A DNA stretch of 23,644 nucleotides from Myxococcota bacterium (GTDB lineage Bacteria; Myxococcota_A; UBA9160; UBA4427): contig JAYZFK010000026.1 of NCBI GenBank assembly GCA_036336835.1, forward strand, positions 1-23,644, given 5' to 3'. Under the pieces are notes generated by a model. That model was not told the origin of the DNA. It did no database searches and was given only the letters and a program-made list of their open reading frames with translations. A program made the position numbers and the translations under genes. The stretch's first letter is position 1; every line of letters begins with the position of its first letter. Below are positions 16,996-23,644 of this stretch, one piece after another.

Positions 16996-19173
16996 TCAGC
17001 CCCGGAACACCGCGTAATCGAGCGCGGCCCGCAGCGCCCGAACGGCGCGGTGAGCGCTCGGGTAGCACAGACGACCCGCTTCGCGAACCGCGCCGGGCCC
17101 CGCGTTGCCGTAGTACCGGTCGGCCGTGACCAGCTCGGTGCACGACAGGATCGGGATCCCGTGACGCTCCGAGGCCTCGACCGCGGCGGTCGCATAGCGC
17201 GCGTCCTGGGTCTCGTGGAACTCGGCGATGCGTTCGAGTCCGTAGGCCTCGAAGAAGCGACCGGTTCGGAAGGCGTTGGCCTGGTTCGCCTGGATGCCGA
17301 GCCCGAGATGGATCACGGCATCGACCTCCGGGTGGCCCGCGAGCAGATCGAGTACCGCTGGGATGGTCTCGCGCGTCTCGCCACCCGCGAGATCGATCGG
17401 GTTGTTGTGGCTCCAGCGCGGTGGGACCAGCTGGTCGATCGCAGCCTCGACATCCTCGGGCAAGGCGATCAGGTCGAGGCCCTGCTCCGCGCAGGCGTCC
17501 GCGGCGAGCACGCCCCAGCCGCCGACACTGGTGAAGACGACCGTCCGGTTGCCTTTCGGCAGCGGCTGGGTGGTGAGCGTGGCGGCCCACTCGAAGGCCT
17601 CTTCGATCGTCGGCGCACGCAGCACGCCGAGCTGACGGCACAGCCCGTCGAACACGGCGTCATCGCTCGCCAGTGCCCCGGTGTGGCTGGCTGCGGCGCG
17701 CTTGCCGGCGTCTGCGACGCCGCCCTTCACCAGCACCAGCGGCTTGCGGGCCGTCAGCCGCTCGACAGCGCGGCGGAAGCGCTCGCCGTCGCCCACGCCC
17801 TCGACATAGACGAGCGCCGTGTCGGTGTCGGGATCGGCGGCGAAGTACTCGAGGATCTCGGCCAGCCCGGTCTGCGCCGAGTTGCCGAGTGAGACCGCCT
17901 TGCTGACGCCGACGCCGGTCTGGACCGAGTAGTTGAGGAAGGCGGACACGAGATTTCCGCTCTGGCTGGCGACACCGATCCGGCCGCGGGGCGGAAACGG
18001 GGCGGTGATCTGGGCGCACATCGACTCCGGCGTCGAGACCACGCCCTGCCCGTTCGGGCCGATCAGCAGGACACCGAGCTGGTCGGCGCGCTCGGCCAGC
18101 TCGCGCTGCTGAGCGCGCCCCTCCTCGCCGGCCTCGGCATAGCCCCCGCTCGCGACGAATGCCGCGCGCACGCCCTTTGCCGCCGCCGCTTCGAGCAGCG
18201 CCAGGTTCGCCTTGCTCGGGGTGCAGACGAACAGCAGGTCGGCCGCTCCATCGGGCAGCTGCTCGATATCGGTCAGTGTCTGTGTGCCGAGTACCTCTGC
18301 GCCGTCCGGCTTCACCGGGTAGATCGCCCCGCGGTATCCGAAGCGCCTCAGGTTGTGATAGGTGACGAAGCCGAATTTGCCGGGATGACCCGCAACGCCC
18401 GCAACCACGACGCCCTTCGGGTGGAACAGGGGACGGAAGCGCCCGAGGATCTCGGCGTCGCTCGCGGGGGGAGAGGGATCGCGCACGGCCGCCGCGGCCG
18501 GGTCGCCGAGCTCGACCAGCGCGTCGACCGCCACCGGTCGCGCACCGGCGAGGATCACCGGATTCAGGTCCACACTGGCGACGTCGGGGCGTTCGCAGCC
18601 GAGCCGGCCGAGCCCGACCAGCAGATCCGCCAGCGCGTCGGCATCGACGGCCGGCTCGCCGCGGAAAGGTTTCGTCAGCAGGTGACTGGCCTTCAGCCGT
18701 CCGATCAGTGCGCGGGCGGCGACGCGCTCGAGCGGAGCGGCCGCGAACACGACATCGCCGAGCGCCTCGGTCAGGATGCCTCCGATCCCCAGCGCGACAC
18801 AGGGCCCGAACTGGGGATCGCGCACCAGCCCGCAAATCAGCTCGCGACTGCCCCGCACCATCTCGGCCACGAGCAGGTTGACCTCACCATCGCTGGGCCG
18901 CGCCCTGGCGAGCAGCTCGTCGGCGGCGGCGCGCACAGCGGCTTCGTCGGCCAGTGCCAGGCGCACCAGGTCTCGCTCGGTCTTGTGGGCGATCGCGTCG
19001 CCGTTCAGCTTGACGACGACCGGGAAGCCGATCGCCCGGGCGGCTTCGACCGCGCCGCGCGCATCGGCGCTGCACCGCTCGTCGGCCGTCGGGATGCCGA
19101 ACTCGCGCACCAGCTGTTTGGACGCGCTCTCGGACAGGGTCGAAGCCCGGTGAGCCGTGTGGGGATTGCTCAT
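16996..19173 (-). CDS. Acetate--CoA ligase family (ADP-forming acyl-CoA synthetase), ATP-grasp domain first
   Basis: N-terminal GFPVVVK...AHKTE..LV.L, ELICG...DPQFGP and DLNP (ATP-grasp). Then a CoA-binding domain (PKGVVVAG, GPNGQG), SQSG, SLGN, phospho-His motif AASHTGALA, and NPIDL. Confidence 0.92.
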   Translation of the reverse strand: MSNPHTAHRASTLSESASKQLVREFGIPTADERCSADARGAVEAARAIGFPVVVKLNGDAIAHKTERDLVRLALADEAAVRAAADELLARARPSDGEVNLLVAEMVRGSRELICGLVRDPQFGPCVALGIGGILTEALGDVVFAAAPLERVAARALIGRLKASHLLTKPFRGEPAVDADALADLLVGLGRLGCERPDVASVDLNPVILAGARPVAVDALVELGDPAAAAVRDPSPPASDAEILGRFRPLFHPKGVVVAGVAGHPGKFGFVTYHNLRRFGYRGAIYPVKPDGAEVLGTQTLTDIEQLPDGAADLLFVCTPSKANLALLEAAAAKGVRAAFVASGGYAEAGEEGRAQQRELAERADQLGVLLIGPNGQGVVSTPESMCAQITAPFPPRGRIGVASQSGNLVSAFLNYSVQTGVGVSKAVSLGNSAQTGLAEILEYFAADPDTDTALVYVEGVGDGERFRRAVERLTARKPLVLVKGGVADAGKRAAASHTGALASDDAVFDGLCRQLGVLRAPTIEEAFEWAATLTTQPLPKGNRTVVFTSVGGWGVLAADACAEQGLDLIALPEDVEAAIDQLVPPRWSHNNPIDLAGGETRETIPAVLDLLAGHPEVDAVIHLGLGIQANQANAFRTGRFFEAYGLERIAEFHETQDARYATAAVEASERHGIPILSCTELVTADRYYGNAGPGAVREAGRLCYPSAHRAVRALRAALDYAVFRG

Positions 19174-19337
19174 CGCCGCGGCAGCGTAGGCGAGAGTCCC
19201 TACAGCGTCACCGCTGCCGCGATCGATTATGCTTGGCGCGGCGTCGGCCGATGGTCCAAGCAGGCCCCGCTCCCCCCGCAACATCCGAATCCCGAGCTAC
19301 CGGTGCCCAGGCCCCGGGGCTGCGTGAGGAGCCCGCC

Positions 19338-20810
19338 GTGCAACCGATCCCCGAGCCGCAGGGCTTCTGGGCCGCCGCCGACCAGGCCTTCCAGCACTAC
19401 CTCGTCGCACCGTTCGACGCAGTGATCTTCTTCGATCTGGCGGTGTGGACCGACCACTACTCACTGCCGGCGGTCGTCGTGTGGCTCGCGCTGGGCGCGA
19501 TCTTCTTCACCCTGCGCTTCCAGTTCGTGAACTTCCGCGCATTCCGGCACGCCATCGACTGCGTGCGCGGACGCTATTCGCGGCCCGACGATCCGGGCGA
19601 GATCTCGCACTTCCAGGCACTGTCGGCCGCGCTCTCCGCGACGGTCGGTCTCGGCAACATCGCCGGCGTCGCAATCGCGGTCGGCGTCGGCGGCCCGGGC
19701 GCCGTGGTGTGGATGATCCTGATGGGCTTCTTCGGCATGAGCTCGAAGTTCGCCGAGTGCACGCTGGCGCAGCTCTACCGCGTGACCCGAGCCGACGGAC
19801 ATTTCTCGGGCGGCCCCATGCACTACCTCCGCGAAGGGCTGGCCGAGCGGGGCTGGCCGACGATCGGCAAAGTGTTGTCGGTGGTGTTCGCGGTGATGTG
19901 CATCGGCGGCAGCTTCGGCGGGGGCAACATGTTCCAGTCGAACCAGGCCTACGCGCAATTCGCCGGCACGTTCCCGAGCGTCGTCGGGCTGCTCGGCGGC
20001 TGGGCGCCCATTCTGTTCGGCGCGATGCTGGCGAGCCTGGTCGGTGTCGTGATCGTGGGCGGTATCCGCCGCATCGGCGAGGTGGCGGCGATCCTGGTGC
20101 CTGGGATGTGCTCGCTCTACGTCCTCACCGGGTTCGTGGTCCTGTTCGTGAACGCCGACCGGGTGCCCGAGGCGTTCGGCACGATGATCGAGTCTGCGTC
20201 GTCGCTCCAGGCTGGCGCGGGCGGATTGATCGGCACGATCATCCAGGGCATCCGCCGCGCAGCGTTCAGCAACGAAGCGGGAGCGGGCTCCGCAGCGATC
20301 GCCCACTCGGCGGCGGCGACACCCGAGCCGGTGCGCGAGGGCATCGTCGCGTTGCTCGAGCCCTTCGTCGACACCGTCATCGTCTGCACGATGACGGGAC
20401 TCGTGATCGTAGTGACCGACGCCTACACCATCCCCGACGTGTCGGGCATCCAGATGACATCGAGCGCCTTCGAGAGCGTCTTCCCCTGGTTCAAGTACGT
20501 GCTCTCGCTGATCGCCGTGCTGTTCGCCTTCAGCACCATGATCTCATGGAGCTACTACGGCCAGCAGTGCTGGGTGCACTTGTTCGGCCTGCGCAGCGTG
20601 CTGGTCTACCAGGCGATCTTCCTGCTGTTTGCGTGGTCAGGTGCCGTGTTCCACGCCAAGGCCGTGCTCGACTTCGGCGATCTGATGATTCTGGGGATGG
20701 CGTTTCCGAACATCTTCGGCATCGTGCTGCTGTCGGGGAGGATCAAGCGCGAGCTCGACCGCTATCTCGACAAGCTCGCGGCGGGCGAGCTCGAACGCGA
20801 CCCCGACTGA
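19338..20810 (+). CDS. Alanine/glycine:cation symporter (AGCS family)
   Basis: Motifs GEISHFQALSAALSATVGLGNIAGVA, GGPGA..WM, GGPM.Y, GNMFQSN, R..FSNEAG.GS..IAH and EPFVDT. GAGGAG lies 6 nt before GTG 19338. Confidence 0.94.
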   Translation: MQPIPEPQGFWAAADQAFQHYLVAPFDAVIFFDLAVWTDHYSLPAVVVWLALGAIFFTLRFQFVNFRAFRHAIDCVRGRYSRPDDPGEISHFQALSAALSATVGLGNIAGVAIAVGVGGPGAVVWMILMGFFGMSSKFAECTLAQLYRVTRADGHFSGGPMHYLREGLAERGWPTIGKVLSVVFAVMCIGGSFGGGNMFQSNQAYAQFAGTFPSVVGLLGGWAPILFGAMLASLVGVVIVGGIRRIGEVAAILVPGMCSLYVLTGFVVLFVNADRVPEAFGTMIESASSLQAGAGGLIGTIIQGIRRAAFSNEAGAGSAAIAHSAAATPEPVREGIVALLEPFVDTVIVCTMTGLVIVVTDAYTIPDVSGIQMTSSAFESVFPWFKYVLSLIAVLFAFSTMISWSYYGQQCWVHLFGLRSVLVYQAIFLLFAWSGAVFHAKAVLDFGDLMILGMAFPNIFGIVLLSGRIKRELDRYLDKLAAGELERDPD

Positions 20811-20820
20811 GCCGGCGGGC

Positions 20821-20850
20821 TTGACACAGCGCCCGGGGACATGCAGGAAT
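20821..20850 (+). promoter_or_regulatory. Sigma-70-like promoter candidate TTGACA-N18-AGGAAT with extended TG
   Basis: Perfect -35 at 20821-20826 in a 47-nt intergenic gap. The -10 match is weak. Confidence 0.4.
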
Positions 20851-20857
20851 CCTCCGC

Positions 20858-21118
20858 GTGAAACAAGGTGTTCTCGTAATGTGGTTCGTGCTGCTCGCCG
20901 GCGCAGTCTTCGCCAGCGGCTGGGTCCAAACCGCGTCGAACATCGTCTTCTGGCTGATCGGAGCGATCCACCTCGCCGAGTTCTTTGCCAAGCGGACGGT
21001 GCTGGAACGCGCCGGGGGCTCGATGGTCAACCACTTCGTCCAGGTGTTGATGTACGGCGTGTTCCACTGGAAGCCGCTCGAAGAGCAGCAGGCGGCCAGC
21101 GCAACGGACGGGAGCTGA
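20858..21118 (+). CDS. Small membrane protein, DUF1145/YhhL-like
   Basis: 86 aa with hydrophobic segments and the patterns IHLAE and HFVQVLMYGVFHW. Confidence 0.65.
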   Translation: MKQGVLVMWFVLLAGAVFASGWVQTASNIVFWLIGAIHLAEFFAKRTVLERAGGSMVNHFVQVLMYGVFHWKPLEEQQAASATDGS

Positions 21119-21127
21119 CCCGGGCGT

Positions 21128-22270
21128 TCAGCGCGCGCGCGAGCCCAGCTGCTCGACGATCACGCCTTCGAGCTCCACGGGGTCGAAGGCGCCCAGCTTG
21201 CGGTACGCCAGCGCTCCACCCGGCGCGATCAGCACCGTGTAGGGCAGCGGGCCCTGCCACTCGCGGTCCAGCACCCGAGCGAGCTCGCGCGCGTCGGCCA
21301 GGCCGATGATCAAGTTGCGCGTCGACGCACCGATCTTCTCCAGGAACTCGAGAGCGTCGCCGCGCTGCTCGAGGTCGTCGATCGAGAGCGTCACCACCTC
21401 GAGATCGCGGTAGCGGCGATCGATCTCGACCAGCAGCGGCAGCTCGGTCAGGCACGGCGTACACCAGGTCGCCCAGAGATTGATCAGACGCCAGCGCTCG
21501 GTGTCGTTGGCCGCGACGCGCGCCACGGCCTCCAGGTCGACCGACTCGAGCTCGACCGACCCGGCACGCGTGGCGCCCGGGCCGCCGCGCACGTAGCCCG
21601 CGATCTGCGAGCGCCACAGCAGGTAGCCCGGCCCCAGCAGATGCAGCTCGTCGTTCGCCAGCTCGTCCGCAATCGAGCGATCGCTCTCGTCGAGGAAGTG
21701 TGGATACAGGTCGATCCAGGTCACGCCCGCCTGCTTCGCCACCTGCTCGAGCAGGACGTTGAGCTCCTCGACGCGCTCCGCCCACTCGGCAGCGCGCGGC
21801 AGCACGCTCTGCACGAACACCTCCGTATCCGGTGAAGCACGCTCGACCCGCTCGACGATCTCGAGGACGCCCGCGGCGATCTGCTGCGGCGGCGTCCCGA
21901 TGAACAGATCGTTGGTCCCGATTGCGAGGAAGAGCTGCCCGGGCTGGCCGCGCGCGATCGGCTCGAGCCGATCCAGCACGCCGGTGGTCGTATCGCCTCC
22001 GATTCCGCGGTTCCGGACCGGAACGCCCGGGAACAGCTCGTGCCACCTCCCGCCGAGGGTGATCGAGTCGCCGAGGAACACCACGTCTCCGCGCTCGACG
22101 GGAAGCAGCTCGAACTGGCTGACCCAGCGCACGTGCTCGGGCTCGACGAAGCGGCGCGTGAGCACGCCGACGCCGCCTCCCCAGGCGAGCCACGCCGCCG
22201 CAGCGAGCACGCAGAGGTTCAAGAGCAGTGAGAGCCCCAGCAGCGCGCGCAGGACGATCTTCCAACTCAC
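21128..22270 (-). CDS. Membrane-anchored SGNH/GDSL hydrolase fused to a TlpA-like thioredoxin (CxxC) domain
   Basis: N-terminal TM segment. SGNH blocks VVFLGDSIT, NRGIGGDTT, IGTND and DELH. Then INLWATWCTPCLTELP and GPLPYT. GGGGAGAG lies upstream of GTG 22270. Confidence 0.85.
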   Translation of the reverse strand: MSWKIVLRALLGLSLLLNLCVLAAAAWLAWGGGVGVLTRRFVEPEHVRWVSQFELLPVERGDVVFLGDSITLGGRWHELFPGVPVRNRGIGGDTTTGVLDRLEPIARGQPGQLFLAIGTNDLFIGTPPQQIAAGVLEIVERVERASPDTEVFVQSVLPRAAEWAERVEELNVLLEQVAKQAGVTWIDLYPHFLDESDRSIADELANDELHLLGPGYLLWRSQIAGYVRGGPGATRAGSVELESVDLEAVARVAANDTERWRLINLWATWCTPCLTELPLLVEIDRRYRDLEVVTLSIDDLEQRGDALEFLEKIGASTRNLIIGLADARELARVLDREWQGPLPYTVLIAPGGALAYRKLGAFDPVELEGVIVEQLGSRAR

Positions 22271-22497
22271 GGAACCCACTCTCCCCGATCGCGGTTCGGT
22301 GGAGCTAGTCTGACATAGACCCGGGCGCTCAGCAGCGTGGCCCGGGCGTCGGTTCCCGCTGGCCAGGGGCCAGGGGCCATGGGGTGCCGGGCGCGTCCGA
22401 AGGCGTGACATCCAGGAGGCGCGCGGCGTGAACATTTCACACTCCACGTCTCCGATGCGACCGCTCCTCGCACGGCCGGACGAGCGGTAGCCCGACG

Positions 22498-23556
22498 ATG
22501 CCCGCCGGCTCGCCGATCCGAACCAGGACGCCGATCGCGCCGCTCACCGGAGTGCGCGGCTTCGCGGCGCTCTGGGTGGTGCTGTGTCACTTCCGCGACG
22601 ATCTCGCGCTCGCGCTGCCCGGCTGGGACATGCTCGATGCAATCGCCTTTCACGGTTATCTCGGTGTGGACCTGTTTGCGTTCCTGTCGGGCTTCGTCAT
22701 CTCGTTCACCTACGGCGACCGGTTGGCCGCGCTTCGCGGCGAGCCGACGCGGCGCTTCCTGTGGCTCCGTCTCGCACGCATCTACCCACTGCACCTCTTC
22801 ATGCTGTTCCTGTTCGTCGTCTCGTTCGGCCTGAGCGAGGGCGCGAACGCCCTCGCACGGGCCGTGACGGACCCGACCTTCCTGCGCCAGGTCCTCCTGC
22901 TGCACGGCTGGGGGTTCGACGACACTTTCTCGTGGAACGTGCCCTCGTGGACCGTGAGCTCGGAGTGGTTCTGCTATCTGCTCTTTCCACTGTTCGCGCC
23001 AGGGCTCAGTCGCCTGAACAGCGGGCCCCTTGCCGGCGGCCTCGCAGCGCTCTGTCTGGCCGCGACCACCGGCGTGTTGTTCGCCGTGGGACATCCGCGA
23101 TTTACGGCATATCTCGACTGGGGTCTGGTTCGGATCGGTGGCGAGTTCCTGACCGGTTGTCTCTTGTACCGCGCGTGGAAGGTGAAGCTGGGCGCCGATC
23201 GACCCTGGGGGTGGATCGGACTCGTGGCGCTCGTGTTCGCAATCCTCGCCTCGACATCGCAGCCAGCGCTCGCGGTTCCCGCCTTCGCGATCACGGTCTA
23301 CGCATTAGCGTGGGACGAACGACCGCTCGGGCTGCTGTTCGGCAACCGCGTGTCGGTCTACCTGGGCGAGATCTCGTACTCGATCTACCTGGTGCACTGG
23401 TTCGTGTTGCAGCACGTCGGAATGCTCGGACTCGATCGCTTGCCCGACGGCATTCGCGTGTGGGCGATGTTCGGAGTCGTGATCGCGGCCTCGGCGGCGA
23501 CCTATCACGGCGTGGAGAACAAGGCGCGGTCGTGGCTCCGCCACCCCCGTTCGTAG
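22498..23556 (+). CDS. Acyltransferase family 3 (OafA/YrhL-like), stand-alone membrane domain
   Basis: Motifs LTGVRGFAALWVVLCH, GVDLFAFLSGFVI, RLARIYP, WNVPSWTVSSEWFCY and LGEISYSIYLVH, ending YHGVE. Confidence 0.92.
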   Translation: MPAGSPIRTRTPIAPLTGVRGFAALWVVLCHFRDDLALALPGWDMLDAIAFHGYLGVDLFAFLSGFVISFTYGDRLAALRGEPTRRFLWLRLARIYPLHLFMLFLFVVSFGLSEGANALARAVTDPTFLRQVLLLHGWGFDDTFSWNVPSWTVSSEWFCYLLFPLFAPGLSRLNSGPLAGGLAALCLAATTGVLFAVGHPRFTAYLDWGLVRIGGEFLTGCLLYRAWKVKLGADRPWGWIGLVALVFAILASTSQPALAVPAFAITVYALAWDERPLGLLFGNRVSVYLGEISYSIYLVHWFVLQHVGMLGLDRLPDGIRVWAMFGVVIAASAATYHGVENKARSWLRHPRS

Positions 23557-23565
23557 GGGGGCGCC

Positions 23566-23643
23566 TCAGCGGTCCCCGGCGGGTGGGGCGCACCCGGAGT
23601 AGCGGCGGCGCCCCACCAGCTGACCACGGCGGCGTTCCTCGGG
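23566..23643 (-). CDS. Possible 3' end of a convergent gene entering from outside the window (...PEERRRGQLVGRRRYSGCAPPAGDR*)
   Basis: Open frame with high GC3 ending in TGA 9 nt from the AT3 stop. Product not assignable. Confidence 0.3.
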   Translation of the reverse strand, partial: PEERRRGQLVGRRRYSGCAPPAGDR

Positions 23644-23644
23644 T

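Noticed and set aside
19228..19254. TATG-N15-GCCGATGG as a fourth sigma-28 promoter
   Set aside because: The -35 match is poor, and TATGCT is equally explained as a sigma-70 -10.
1..23644. CRISPR arrays, tRNA/rRNA, IS elements, defence or RiPP/NRPS clusters
   Set aside because: I saw no spaced repeats, cloverleaf signatures, transposase, defence-nuclease or biosynthetic modification genes. Intergenic gaps are all short.

Overview
High-GC, densely coding bacterial window. PEP-CTERM and PilZ genes point to a diderm organism; the gene styles resemble Myxococcota or other deltaproteobacteria, which is an inference only. I found no rRNA, tRNA, CRISPR array or mobile element. In order: the 5' stub of a divergent gene; a hisS-speA-xth run; a 4-TMS holin-like membrane protein; a DUF4404-like protein; an enoyl-CoA hydratase; a pseudo-receiver/tandem-PilZ protein; a VOC protein; a small cationic PEP-CTERM protein; a DUF5658-like membrane protein with Arg-rich DRR motifs; a TetA-like MFS transporter; three different GT-C-like multi-pass glycosyltransferase candidates; an Asp-type murA; a domain-permuted ADP-forming acyl-CoA synthetase; an AGCS symporter; a DUF1145-like protein; an SGNH hydrolase-thioredoxin fusion; and a divergent acyltransferase-3. 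The best candidates for undescribed biology are five. (1) The SGNH-TlpA(CxxC) fusion head-to-head with AT3 may be a split, redox-linked O-acylation module. (2) The three GT-C-like genes near the PEP-CTERM gene may form a surface-glycosylation locus. (3) Sigma-28-like promoters lie ahead of two putative c-di-GMP binders and murA. (4) The MFS gene probably starts at a non-canonical ATC. (5) The HisRS resembles the plant-organellar type. All product calls come from motif recognition by eye, not from database searches.
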